This document shows, piece by piece, positions 12,901 through 25,800 of a stretch of 64,000 bases of DNA. The notes under the pieces are model-generated. The model searched no databases. It worked only from the letters and a program-made list of their open reading frames with translations, and had not been told where the DNA came from. This stretch comes from Lingula anatina (lineage: Eukaryota; Animalia; Brachiopoda), in assembly GCA_051362555.1 (NCBI GenBank), contig CM120640.1:33995967-34059966 (forward strand), written 5' to 3'. The position numbers and the translations under genes are program-made. Position 1 is the first letter of the stretch; every line of letters begins with the position of its first letter.

Positions 12901-15900
12901 ACTCAATAACAGAGAGGACAGGGACGAATATATTCAACTCCTACCACACAATGCTGACCCGCAGCTAGTGGATGAGCTCCTTTTGGATAAAGTGGGCGGG
13001 GAGGTGGCAGTGACGTATGGTGTCCCCTATGACATTGGGTCTATATTGTCAGCGACATCTTTGGTATGTGTTCTCATCTCTGCGACAGCATTTAGTCAGT
13101 TCTTAGAAAGCTGCTTTTTAAAATCAAAGTTATCCGTGTTAACGACCTGTGGCTACTATTAAACGGCTATTCTGGCTCACTGATCAGAAGTCTCCTCTGG
13201 TTTTGGCACAGGCATGCTCAATTAAAATATCTTCGTTATGAAATCTGGTCTATAGGCCTTTGCGTTTCGAAATAAATGCGACCTGAGAGGTAAATAACCG
13301 TAGATAATACTGATTTGACGTGGGGACGAAGTGCATCTCAATTTTTGCCCTAACGATTCAAAATAAGGGCACGTGGGTTGAAAAGTCACCCACAATAAAG
13401 GGGGAGGGGCATTTGTCTCATTGTGTTATATGATGCCTTATGGCAAATTGTCACTGTATAGTGTATTCATCAGCGTATTCTATATATGAGTAAACTTTGT
13501 CAAACAGAGCTTTTAGAAACAATAATTTCTAATTTCCACACATGATTTGAAAGCTATTTTACCTGCTGTAAAAATGTTGAAAAGCTTTTATTATGACTTC
13601 AGTTGTTCCACAGAATAAATAACATCAGAATATTAACAAAGTTTACTTCAAATTTTAGTTTCTATCAACTAACGACAAGCCCACGATTCTAACTAGAAAC
13701 CCGCTACTTCAAGGAGCCATGGGGAGCGCCCTCTTCACTGGTCCGACCTGGTACGACCGGAGGCAGGCCAATATAGAGTTCTGCAGCAGTGAGTTCTTTT
13801 TTTATCTAATTTTTATAGAAAATATAATATCTTTCAAGTGTGTTTTTTATTATTCTTATTATTTCATTTAGATGGTCTTGTAAAAGCCAAGCATAAACAA
13901 AACCTTGAAATTTTTCAAAGCGTTTAAACTGATGCTCAAGACGCAAAAGAATCTCTTACCCATACTCTAATAACTTTGGTATATGTTGTTGATGATGGCA
14001 ATACGTTCGAAATGCTTATCGATTCTCTTAACACATTATCTGAATATAAATTGTAAGGAAAAATGTGTGAGTAACTTTCAATAGTCTCATCACCGTCTTT
14101 GAATACCAAACATAAGACAGTCCAGTTTTTAGAACCAAAAGCGCGATGTAGTAGGTGCTCCAATTGTGTTTTATCACACCCAGGAGCGATTTGAAAATTG
14201 GCATGTCTTTTTCTCAACTACCGCGTCCCCTCTAAAATGCCGACTTCTAGCTAATAGTGTCCACTTGCAAAATATTGGATCTTGGCCAAACGCACTGTAA
14301 AAGAATGTGCACTCAGTAAACTTGCTAAGAACATAGCTATATAACGAAAAACAATGTAAAAGGCTAGTGCTGTACTGTGCACGTGCCTAAGTAACCGTGT
14401 AAGTCTTTGACCCCATTCCCACAGATTTTAGATCGTTTTATCCCTGTGGGGAGTCTCACTAGATTATTGTCAGCTTAGCTGGCTTAAGCGTCTGTCCCGC
14501 CTACTAAAAGCTGTAAGGGGGTAATTACCTGTCGTGCGCGCTCGGCTGACTGCAATTTAGCGTGAACCCCCAGAGAGTTTGGTCGATCCGGATGGATCGA
14601 TCTAAATCTCTGGGAATGCACTCTTTATCTGTATTTGGATATTTATCGTGAAATATCGCAATTTCAAGATCAAATTCAGAATCTACAGAATCAGAAAATT
14701 AAGTTTTTAAAGAAAATAACTCGGCCTGTCTTCGTATGTTGTAGCTGCCTGCGATCTCTTCCGAGATTTCATCATCTTTCCCAACCCCGAGTTGCCATGC
14801 CAACGCGGTGGCTATGCCGACCCCACCGACTGCATGCGCTGTGTCTGTCCTGATGGCTTTACTGGCACTTTGTGTGACAGCATAAAGACGGACGGTAGGC
14901 ATATGTACTGGTAGATCTGTGTTTTTATAACACAGTAGAACGTTCACAGACCTTTATTACATATTAATATACATGTAATATAATATTTAGTAGTTATATA
15001 ATAGCAGCCTTGCCCAGAATAAACCTCTCTTTGCCTGTAGCTGCTACATTTACTTCTGCTACCGCTGCAGAAAAAACGTGATTATTGATTTGTGTTTTCA
15101 CGTTAGAATAATTTAAAATTTTGTATTTGGGAGCATACTGCTGCATATGGATTTTGTTTTTAATTTCAAACTACTGCATTCACTCATCCTTTGTAAGTTG
15201 TAAAATTCCATTACTCTTATGTTAATCTTATGTTAATTAATGTCATATCTCTGTAGGAATATGTGGAGGCGAAGTGACGACACCGGGTTTAATAGAATCC
15301 CCTGGATACGTTGGGGAAGGGTTTTCCAGGGGAAACGGTTGCACTTGGTTACTGAAGGTGGGAACTTACCCTTATATTTTTAATATATTAAAAATGTCTG
15401 CTTTTAATCAATTTGTATAATGAAATGAATATTGATTTTTATTTAAGTATACATGTTTTATATTTGTAACTGGAAATATGTTTGTTTTACGCCAGTATTT
15501 TTTAATGTATGCCTTCTGTTGCATCTATATTCAGGCACCTGAAGGGAAAGTTGTGAAACTTAGATTTGAAGGTTCCTTTGGTTTAGGATGCCTAAACACA
15601 AGCAAAACCTGCTACGAATGGGTTGAAGTTCGCCATTCAGAAAATCTCCAAAACACTGGACCTAGGTAAAAAAAACTGTATTGCTTGCCATCAAGGGCAA
15701 CGATGCTTCTGGGGATAATTAAATTAAAGAACTGAAGTGGAAGAAATGTGTCGTTCATTGACTCTCTACAAGTGCATACGCTTTTATCTGCTTCCTGAAA
15801 AAATCTGCCCCACTTGCCTGTCCCGGTGTGATAGAAATGGTAGTCCGCTAGAAACCGTAGTCCGTTCCCCATTACTTTGTAAAGGGGATATTTGTCCCAT

Positions 15901-18453
15901 ATACTTATTTCAATACCCCGAATAACCCTAACATGTACTAATCATATGGAACCCCGAACTTAACTTCCATTCCTCTGACTACCATTCCTAGCTGTCACAC
16001 CGGCCTCCCATTGCCTAGCAAATACTACTCTGTTTATCATTTTCTCTAGTAAACCTTCACCAAATAAAAACATCTCAGTCGCCTCTCTAAGTAAAATTGT
16101 GATATTCCCAAATCCTGTTACAAGGAGGCTAAATTACTTTCTTATAACCATCATTTTTTCATCACCGTCTAGACTTTGCTGCTATAAAACCCCAGAAGTT
16201 GTCCTGACATCAGACACGAACGAAATGCTGGTGTTGTTGAATAGAGACCCTCTGGTGCCCGAAGACAGTGTAGGACTCCCTTCGGGAAGAACCGGATTTA
16301 GAGCAGTGTTCGAATTCGTAGATAAAGAAGGTTCGTTATCGCGTGTGAAGTGCTTTCTCACCACAAGAGTATTTCTACAAGTCAATAAATGAATGGACTA
16401 TCTTAGATTTGACAGTTTCTTTCGCTCTATAATTTTGTGAAATATGATGACAATAATAATTTGCTGAGAGACGCAACAGAAACCCATTTGCAGGACATTC
16501 ACCTTTCCTAACAGCCGATTCGAATCTCTTTGTAATCAACGTTAAATAATAAACACAGCGACCCTGTTCTAATAAATTGGATTAACTTAAATTTGCAAAT
16601 GCGATTGTTTATTAATTGGTTTCATGTTTCGGTTATCTCGGTATCTTTTTCTACTTTCAGCCGTTGGTTACAGCGACTGGGGAGAGTGGAGCGACTGTGG
16701 CGCCCCTTGCGGCTCTTGTGGCACGCGCTCGCGCACTAGGACGTGTACAAGTGGAATTTGTCCGTACGTTATAATCAGGCAATCAGAGTAAACCTCAATA
16801 ACATATAATAGTTTTCTTTATCTTTTGGGCTACACACTGTAACGTAAAAAATACGTGTATAAAGTATTGAAATACTAGATATTAGCACAGGAAATTCTAA
16901 AAAAAAATCGTTCACAGACGTACGTCTTTCTTTAAAAATAAAAATTCGGAATTCGTATGAAAATTGTCAGCTCTAAATTGCGGAAGAGAAAAAGCTAATG
17001 GTGGGTTTAGCCCCAAATGGAAAGTTAACTTTCATATCGCTATAAAGATATTACGGAAGAGAACGGACTACGGCGCAAGATATAACTTGTCCTTGGTGAT
17101 TTCCTCGCACTAGGGATGAGAAGGCACAAAAAAGCACATTAGTCTCTTACAGACAAACATGACCACAGGAATTAGTGATTTGCGTCGAACAACCCAGGGC
17201 AGGCAATAAGGGGAAGTTAATCTAGTGTCCACTTGATTGCTGAGGGCCAAAGCGCCTTACAGTCTTAAACAATTACAGTAATGTGGGATGAAAGACGACT
17301 GAATATCAATCAAGAAGGGCATGTAATTGTCGTTAGCAGTAAAAAGTACAAAAAGGTATATTTTTCTTGAAAGCCGTGCTGTAGTTAAAAGTATAGGAAG
17401 ACAGACCTCCATGAACCTGATGAATATTTTCTTTTGATTTTTTAGCAAAAAAAAAAAGAAAAGAAAAAAGAAAAGAAAATCAGTATTTTTAACTCTCTCT
17501 CTCCATCGCATTTTTCCATATTATTTACCAGTTATGAATGATCTTAATTTGATCTTACAGCGGACCGATTAGTGAGACACAGACTTGTAATACATTTATA
17601 TGTTCAGACCAGGACGCAGACTTTCGCTGCGGGTGTGACGCCCTTCCGCTTTTCACCCAGCGGCTGGCCTGCAAGAGGTACGTTAAATTAAGATTGTTCC
17701 CATGTTTATTCCGTGCAGTTCACAGAAAATGTGCCACGTTCTTTTAAAGTTAACGTCAGGTTTCCGATTTTGCATGCCAATAATAGTTTGTACTGTTTTT
17801 CTCGAAACTGAGTGCGTCGGACTCCCCCCACCCCCAGCAGTCTTTAGAGTCGCCTTGCTCAACAATTAACGAGTGACCAAGACTGCACAATGAAGTACCA
17901 TGGTCGTTAAATCACTATTCCGAAGATGCATCGATCTCTCTCATTTGATTTAAAAGAGATGGAACTTCATGGGTGTTGTGTTTTCCTTTTCCCATGTCAA
18001 AAACTACTGCTTATCTATAACGTAAAATGAACAATTTTAAAATCTGTCTGTTGTTAAATGTGTGAATATGATCGACTGTAAAACGACGAAAAGTAACTAG
18101 CGGGAGCTCGACTTATGCATTGCATGCTACCGTACTTCTCCACGTACCAGTATTGAACAACTGGAGACCAAACATTCACCACCGTTTACCTTTTCTTCAG
18201 CCGCTGCCGAGACCGCTCCCCCGACGACATGTGCTGCCAGGGCTACACGAGCCAGGGACTCCGCTGTGTGAGTGTGGAGGAAATGACGGGCTACACCCCC
18301 AGCCCACCGAATACCCCCAGGCCCACGCAGCAACCAGTCGTGTTGCCGCGCCTGACCCAGCCTCCACACGCTTACCGCCCCCCGGCACCGGGATCCCCGG
18401 GGGTGTATTACCCTGGGAGACAACAGAACCCGTGGGGTGGTACATTTGGGTGA
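9941..18453 (+). CDS. Gene 2: secreted astacin-family (M12A) protein, astacin-EGF-CUB-TSP1-Cys-rich-Pro-rich (DPY-31/NAS-36-like architecture), predicted catalytically inactive, 609 aa
   Basis: Exons 9941-9997, 10833-10910, 11404-11554, 12055-12172, 12402-12474, 12854-13063, 13659-13788, 14745-14894, 15257-15357, 15535-15665, 16173-16330, 16661-16763, 17561-17677, 18201-18453; 1830 nt, all GT-AG, phases consistent, no internal stop. Confidence 0.88.
10833..10910 (+). CDS. Gene 2 exon 2: propeptide
   Basis: TSMTLPDYLCAMSDTEMDSSVDGVAK; acceptor tttcAG, donor AAG|GTAGTA, phase 0-0. Confidence 0.6.
11404..11554 (+). CDS. Gene 2 exon 3: furin site and start of astacin domain
   Basis: RQKR|QIISGSTRKWDATKPIYY; donor GTAAGT. 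Confidence 0.88.
12055..12172 (+). CDS. Gene 2 exon 4: astacin domain
   Basis: IRLALDLWEQGTCLRFEE matches astacin WExxTCxxF. Confidence 0.9.
12402..12474 (+). CDS. Gene 2 exon 5: astacin domain
   Basis: CGSLIGR...PQPIFLDC matches astacin CxSxxG. Confidence 0.88.
12662..12766. mobile_element. Short inverted-repeat element in gene 2 intron 5
   Basis: GATGACAACTCTTCA ... TGAAGAGTTGTTATTC imperfect inverted repeat. Confidence 0.45.
12854..13063 (+). CDS. Gene 2 exon 6: degenerate zinc-binding motif and Met-turn
   Basis: QVIGLALGFYPLNNREDRDEYI...YGVPYDIGSILSA versus consensus HExxHxxGFxHExxRxDRD...YDYxSIMHY. Confidence 0.92.
13659..13788 (+). CDS. Gene 2 exon 7: end of astacin domain
   Basis: FLSTNDKPTILTRNPLLQGAMG...PTWYDRRQANIEFC. 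Confidence 0.88.
14410..14623 (+). mobile_element. MITE family A, copy 1
   Basis: TIRs CATTCCCACAGATTTTAGATCG ... CGATCTAAATCTCTGGGAATG; closely similar reverse-complement copy at 55536-55760. Confidence 0.85.
14745..14894 (+). CDS. Gene 2 exon 8: EGF-like domain
   Basis: CQRGGYADPTDCMRCVCPDGFTGTLC. Confidence 0.92.
15257..15357 (+). CDS. Gene 2 exon 9: CUB domain, N-part
   Basis: CGGEVTTPGLIESPGY...CTWLLK. Confidence 0.9.
15535..15665 (+). CDS. Gene 2 exon 10: CUB domain
   Basis: APEGKVVKLRFE...CYEWVEVR...TGPR. Confidence 0.9.
15823..16003 (+). mobile_element. MITE family B (CCGGTGTG termini), copy 1
   Basis: CCGGTGTGATAGAAATGGTAGTC ... GACTACCATTCC...TGTCACACCGG; three copies in window. 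Confidence 0.85.
16173..16330 (+). CDS. Gene 2 exon 11: CUB domain, C-part
   Basis: LCC...LTSDTNEMLVL...GFRAVF. Confidence 0.88.
16661..16763 (+). CDS. Gene 2 exon 12: TSP1 domain
   Basis: YSDWGEWSDCGAPCGSCGTRSRTRTC. Confidence 0.92.
17561..17677 (+). CDS. Gene 2 exon 13: TSP1 end and Cys-rich segment
   Basis: GPISETQTCNTFIC...CGC...ACK; phase 2-2. Confidence 0.85.
18201..18453 (+). CDS. Gene 2 terminal exon: CC motif and Pro-rich tail
   Basis: RCRDRSPDDMCCQGYTSQGLRC...PSPPNTPRP...GGTFG*; acceptor ttttcttcAG. Confidence 0.85.
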
Positions 18454-19024
18454 ATAACGCTGCGCGGTACAGTGTCACTGACTTAGAAGGGGATGCTGCA
18501 ATTGAATTGCCTGCTGATTTTTCTGGAAATATATTTTAAAGTGCAGGTCCCTGATGTTGATTGTTCTTGGTTCTTAGAGTTACTATTGGCCGTTAAGGTT
18601 AAGAAAAGTGGTATCATTATGAGAAATGAAATGTTCATACTGATTGACTCTGAAAATAGTTCGGTATCTACAATACCTGATACGAATATATCTACAATAC
18701 ATGGTACGCATCCTTTGGACCACTCGAAAAATGATGAAATTTTTTTCTTTAATCAGGTGAAGGCTACTAATCTTAAGTATTTATTTTTTTAGTTACCCAA
18801 CAGTAATCGTTTGTACGGTACGCGTGAATGTGGAACTTAATAGAGATTACAAATATCTGTATTGTCATTAGTTATCAAAAAGTTTGTAAGGAAAAACAGC
18901 ATGTGTTATATTCAATTTGTTTGGCATTGCAGTAGAATTATAATAAGAAGGCTTAACATGTGTGAAGAAAGTTATATGATTTCTGGTATTACAGTTCTAC
19001 ATGTATGCTCTAATATCCAAAATG

Positions 19025-19030
19025 AATAAA
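19025..19030 (+). terminator. Candidate polyadenylation signal of gene 2
   Basis: AATAAA about 570 nt after the stop, followed by T/GT-rich sequence. Confidence 0.4.
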
Positions 19031-22000
19031 GAAACAGATTTTTTTATCTCAAAACCCTTAAACTTGAGTTGGGTGCTTTGCTTTTGTATAATAGTACAAT
19101 ACATCCAAAAGATCAAAAACATAACATTGCTTCTGATTTTTTTTAATGCGCTGTAGTACTGAGTATTACTCAAATGAGCAAGCGGATGTCATGAAAGGAA
19201 TTTTTAGTACTGTTAGCATTAAAAAATCATTCGGTTGGTTCGTATCTTATTCATACCCTCACTTAAAATTACGTAAAATCTTCACATACTTTACACCTTT
19301 TCTTCTGTCGTATTCTCCACAAATAATAATCCTTTACCTTTAACGATTACCGATGCCCAACTTCTTTATGACCGCAAAAAATATTGTTCAAATTCTTTAT
19401 AGCTTGAACATGATTATCGGTGCCAGCATTTTCTTACCTGGAAGCACCTTTCATTTATAACTTGTATAACGAGAAAAACAATTAGTGATGATGAATTCAA
19501 TCTCTCACACACCTTTATCGTGTTAAGTTTATCTTTCAGCCACCGAGGAGTTGTCATTGGTTACCTGTAAAAGTACCTGCAACCGCTCAATCGCGTGGCA
19601 AAGAAAAATAAATTAAGTCTGAACTCCGACTTTTCGGCTTTTTTTTATACTTTTATGTTATAGATATTGAAATCATTGCAAGAAAGGCACTGGTGCTATG
19701 TTAGTCCGTTCACTGAAAGGTAACTTGAAACTGTTGTACACCTGACACGCAGGCTTTTGCCCCGTGGCTGTAACAAAAAAAACTATTTGGCCATGCCAAC
19801 ACAATGCTTGAACTGACGTCCAAAGCAACGTTCACACCTAGATTCACAAGGTTTGATCTTAATGACGTCAGTAGTCTGATAAGTATTCAAGCACATGTAG
19901 TTGCAGCGTAACTTTAAACGTTCGTTGTTTAGTCTTAATTGGGATAACCGTCTCTGTAAATGAAGGGATACTGTGAAGGCATCACTTGATTACAATAAAA
20001 CCAGTACGATTGGCGTTACTCAGATCGAATGGAGTCCGGACTTGAATAGTTTGGTGTGAACGAGGCACCCGTGCGGGGTGGTGCCAGGGTGAGCCAAGAA
20101 GGCGTGAAGGCCTATCTGCTAAACACGCTCTAATCTTCCCATCCATCCAATGTTCGCGTTCCTGATTATTGTATAATCCGCGATACGCATCTATTGAACG
20201 CAATTTGCCGTGGCTTTACCTTTATTTCCTTTAGCATTGGGGATGATATAAGAAGACCCCGCTCACTGTTGGTGTAACCGTGTAAGACGTCGTGGCTTAA
20301 GGGGAACAGGCTTTCAAAACTGATCAAAAACACCTGAGATCACCGACAGGGACTTTATCTGTAAAGTTTACTGCACGTAATGAAAGAAAACAGCGCATTC
20401 CGTTGGATAAATCTATACCCGTCACTATAGGTGAGTAAATTAAATTATCTTAAGATTAGTTCGGGACCATCATTACCATACCTAATAACACATAACGAGT
20501 TATAGTTTTAGTGATAATGTTAATCAATCATATTTATGCAATCGAATTAAGCTGTAGATATATCAATTGGATGGCAAAGAACTACATACGTGGGAAGTTT
20601 ACCTGAACTAAATACGTGGGAAGTTACCGGCATTGTTCAATTATCATTTATTATATCTGTCTCAATTTAAAGGTTCCGAATCAATGACAATACAAAAAAA
20701 ATGTATCACCACTAAAAATAAGACACAATATTCAAAAACACAATATTCGTTGGGGCACAATATCCAATATATATCAAATAAAGGAAATTGATTCGGCGAC
20801 TTACTGGGCTCTCCCATTCGATTTTAGATTTAAAATCGCTTGATCTTTCCTTCCAAAGATAAGAACCGAGAGATAAGGCATAATTTGATATCACGAGGCG
20901 ATATCGTCACTTTACACGGTGCTCTATGCTGAAAAATTAAAAGGACGGCACAAATCCTTTACTTAACCCATGCCTGGACGCTTTCCTCGCAGATGTAGCC
21001 AAGCATTAGGGCTCGCTCTTTCTTCAGCCCTTATCAGTCCTCGTACGATGACCGCCTTATAGGAAGGGGAAATACTGTCTTCCTTATTTTGCAATCTATA
21101 AAAATCAGCTGAAAGTGTTATTACTATTATTATCATGTTTTATATTGCAAATAGTTTAAAAGATTGCGTTATTCTGAAAGTGCAATTCTTAAAGTACAGA
21201 CTTTTGTTAAATAAAGTAAAACAGTGAATTAGATGGCATATTTTAAACTTAAAAATACAAACAAGGAAGTAGTTTGATCTAGATAGCTTCCAAAACGTGT
21301 CATTTGACGTCATATTCATTTACAGACACAGGGAAATAGGATCATGGGCAGCAAAATTGGTTTAAACTATTGGATCAAAAATTTGGTCTACTTCAGTTCC
21401 AGATAAACGAAACCATCCAGGATATTTGAAAGGAGAATGGGTAATTTAAAACATACAAACTTCAGTAAATCCTATTAACGCTCATTCAAAAATGGTACTT
21501 AAGTAAAGTAATTGAGTGTTTTTGTCGGTATAGCATTTCAGACAACATGACAGGCTATTAGTTTCTTTTCAAATTCATTTCCCCGCCTTAATTCATTTAA
21601 TTTCAATCTTGTGATGCTGCGGTGATTTTGTCTTTCTTCCTTTTTTTTCAAAATAATACAAGATAAATCAAATTATTTTCCCTATCTAGTAAACACGCTA
21701 CAGTCAGGCAATTATTTCCACGTAGACTTTGAAGATCTACTCTTGTACTCAGCCCACGGCTTCTACCCAAATGGAATTTAATTGGAGATCTATAGAACTA
21801 TGAAGTCTAATAAGTATTTTGCATGCAGAAATCCTGGTAATTTGAGCTTAGGTTTGTGCGTAATTTCCGTCTTTTCTGATTTTCTTTTTTTATTTACTTT
21901 GTTTCTTTGCTTTTTATAGAAAAAGTTGACATCACCTTGTTATTAATTGAACAAACTTACAAGGACCAGGTACACAGACAGCTTATAGATAAAGAGCGCT

Positions 22001-22735
22001 CTTAGTGGAACCTACAACTGACTCCTATACTGTATCTGTACATATGCCTGTAGCATCCTTTAAATTGAGTTTTACTACGGTTAAATGGCATTAAACGGTA
22101 TGAACAGGTATAAATCGAGCTCTTCCAAGAGTTGCTTAAAACTTGTCAATAGTAGTGCATCCAGGCAGTAGATTGGGTAAAAACTGTTCACTTTTCTTGA
22201 GGCTTATCTTAGTAGAGCTCCAGTGGCAATATATTTTATACATCAGTCCAATGGCCAATACATGAGCATCTTGGTGAGAACTTTCTCATGAACTGAATCT
22301 GGACTTTAGTTTTTGTATCCATGCTAGCTGGAGAAAGTTTATGTGGTGGAATGTTCCGAACACACCCACTATTAGACCGACACTCGTTTGTTGAAAATGT
22401 TTACACGCTCGAGTAGAACGGAGTCGTGCATAGGTCAACCACGTTTTGTATGCTATCACTGGGTAAGTTTTTTTCTGGTTCATGAGCGTAGAGCAGCGAA
22501 TTTGAAGCAGTATTTTACCACAGATAATGATATTGTGATGCCATAAAATCATTAGATGGTTTGTTTCTTTTTCATCCAACTGTATTGAAGGCGACCCATG
22601 TCGCAGTAACCTCGATGAAGGGTTTTGCTATCTAAATGATGAAACGGTTCATAGGTACCAATATCACAAATTAACATGAACCAAATTTAAATCGTAGATT
22701 AAGACCCAAAAACTTGCTTGACATGGTACTCTGGC

Positions 22736-22886
22736 CCGGTGTGACAGGAATGGTAGTCCTAGGGATGGAAACCCGGGGTCCAATATGATTAGTACAGATT
22801 AGGGTTAGTCGGGGTATTGGGATATAATATGTCACCTGTACAAACGGACTACTGTTCCTAGCGGACTACCATTCCTGCCACGCCGG
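22736..22886 (-). mobile_element. MITE family B, copy 2
   Basis: CCGGTGTGACAGGAATGGTAGTCC ... GGACTACCATTCCTGCCACGCCGG; interior is the reverse complement of copy 1. Confidence 0.85.
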
Positions 22887-25800
22887 TATTAAGTGACAAT
22901 ACAGTAAGCCACTTCAATGATGTATAGTGGACGTATTTTAAGAAAATTAATCAAATGGCTATTGTTGAACCAGACAGCTGTTACAATAATTGGACAACCA
23001 CTGGTTCATCTCGCATCAAAAATATTTGTTAAGACCATTTCCTTTTGTGAAACTGGCCCTTCGTCCTTCGTCTTAGAGGAAGAGGAAGAGGAAGCTGCCA
23101 AGTGTAGCTCTACGTCATTCCTTATCATAAACCACCCAAACAGACAACGTCATTTCGATCAGGTTCTTAGATCTGTTGACAAGAGTGCGTGCAGTATGAC
23201 AGATATTGGAGTACTTCCGTGGTAATATCACCCTCTAATGGGTTGGGCGCAAGTCATAGATACCTTATTACTCATTGCGCACGCATGGCGCTGTGGTTAT
23301 TACTTAAAAGGAAAACTCCTTGGTGTGTTTGGAAACGATTGTTTCGCATTTAAATTGATGCATGCGTCCTAATGATGTACTTTCATTTACTTGTGTTTTT
23401 TACAGTGTACATGGACTAAAGTACATTGTGAACGTACTAACCAAATACACGAATAATGCTGTACTCGTGCCAAAAATATTGTGTTTTTGGCACCTTTTGT
23501 GTTATCCAAATATTTAATAACCGTAAGCAATTTTAACTTAAAAGTATTGACTTAAAGGGTGAATATTAGCATTTCTATAAGTGTTATTATAAAAGGTATT
23601 CGCAAGTTGGGTAGACCAATCAAGAATTAGTTTTAAGACATGGAGAGAAAATGAGAAATGAGAAATATTTTTATGTCTCTCTAGTAAATACAGTATACAC
23701 AACGTACGTCTTGGATAACTCGAGGGAAAAGTCAACAGTATAAGGTGAAATGAGTGCAATTCCATACAATGGCTCGCACATGTAATAAAAAGAATTTTGG
23801 TAAACTTTCAGCTGAACTGACCCCGACCATGTTAGGTCAAATTTCGACACGTTATTCGCAGATTAACGATGATTGCATGCTAAGTAATAGCACGCTATCT
23901 TAAAGGCTATGGTCCCGATACAGCAAAAAGGAATGTCACACACAAATATAACAATGGAGACAAAACTTTCTACCGCAATATATATACAAATATTTACAAA
24001 TGATAATGACTGTAGAAAATATTATCCGACTTCTAACTTTGCTTTACCTTTTTACTAAAATAATACTAAAATAAAATCTTAATGTCTAAAAATGTTATTA
24101 GAACTTTTAGAAAATGACATATATTTACATGTTTGTTCCTCTAAGTGTCGAAAACTGAAGGGAAAGCGTATTCAGTTCACCGGATATTGAATGAAAAGTC
24201 AATAATTAACTTAATTGGCATAATTTTTTCGAGATCTTGAATTACTCAGTTGCAATTACGGACTTCTCTGTGTTTCATTATAAGATACCTTTCTATTTAC
24301 AATCAGAGTCCCACTTTCATACATGTACGATGCTCTTATAGTGCATGTACTATATGTTAAAGGGTTTGCTTCATGCCGTCAGAATGGCCTGAACGGAACA
24401 TATTCTTCAGAAAACATGCCCAACTAACGATATCTTTATCCAAATACACAAATTAAAAGCTCATTTTGTAAATTTTTGGCTTTAAAAAACGTCCTATTTG
24501 CTCGGCCTGGGAGTTAATGAGCTACGTGGTCACGTGGTCTAATGACGACAATCGAGCCACTGGAGAACAGAGTGTGCTTAGCTGTCAAACTGAGCTGCAT
24601 TGTCTACCTGTAAGATGACTTCTCTGGCTTCTGATAAAAGTTCATACTCATTCAAATCTCTTACCGGAGGGGTCTAAATCCTCGTGAAGCTGTGTAAAAC
24701 CATTTCCCGTCTAGTCATTTCTTTAACAAGCATTTCATTATGGTTATCCCAAGTTGTATAAAACACTGCATTTGAATGAGTTAAGGGAAATGTTGATTAT
24801 TGCATATGAGGTCCATGTTATTTGTGAAATTCAATTTATTTTATTAAACCGCTGACACTCCGTCTTGCATACTTTTATTAAACTGAGGTAAACAATGCCC
24901 GTTACCTTTACAAGTCCTATCTTAATCATCCATCTACCTGGAACTTCCTTTACCTCTTAATTAGAGGGTTAAATGGCATTCAATTTGTCTTGCTTGTATC
25001 GAACGCACTCTCTATCTAAGCTTTACTCCAGTTATCTCAGGTAAAAATCTACCTGTGCGTTAGTTACAAAGCGCAGCTCCCGTAGACCTGGGGGTACTAG
25101 ATAAAATCTGAACACCAGGTTTATCGAGGAGCTGGAGAAAGAAAGGAAGAATTTTTCCTGCACAACTTCATAGGAATGTTAACACGGACTTGATCCAGCT
25201 TAGACCTCCAAACTAACAGGGTGACATGGGCAATTTTCACAAACAAATCATAAAACTATATTTCAGTTAACCGCCTTTAAAATAAATATACCGTTCTGGG
25301 TAAATTAAAATAGTTATTAAATCGCAAGAATATTTTTGACTTAAATAATGATTTTATTATTAATGGAAATTAAGCTACTATATGAGGTACATTTGCTGTG
25401 ATTACGCTGTCCTTCATGTTTTGCGTAAGTCTACATTTTGCTGTATGTGCTTGTAATCTTTTTAAATATGTGCGTACAATTTTTGCAGGTCTGGTTACCC
25501 CCCTGTTATGTGATGAGAGTATTAATTTGGCAATTAGTTCCTTAGCTTATTTGAATAGAATTGCAGTGTAAAATTTTCAACAAGATGTTGGCGAAATAGC
25601 CCATTACTCTTTGTAGGTATTTCCCCCGTCAAAGTTTGTCTAAAATTATCTTTCAATCTTTACTCTTTCAAAGACAGTATAAAGTTACCTGACATATTTT
25701 CGTGTAAACTTAATGACAAGCCAAGTGTCTCCAGTTCATTCCGTACTCAATTTTACCCAAGCAAATTTTTTTCTTGAGTAGATCTTTATAGCACGTTGTT

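Noticed and set aside
9941-18453. Calling gene 2 a pseudogene
   Set aside because: Open frame across 14 exons with canonical splice sites and conserved Cys patterns
18120-18539. 139-aa ORF and overlapping antisense ORFs
   Set aside because: Shadow frames of the GC-rich last exon of gene 2
21022-21048. miR-184-like sequence on the minus strand (ACTGATAAGGGC)
   Set aside because: Seed region does not match and no complementary arm nearby
22100-22620. Possible decayed transposase on the minus strand (YPVIAY)
   Set aside because: Too few motifs to support a family call
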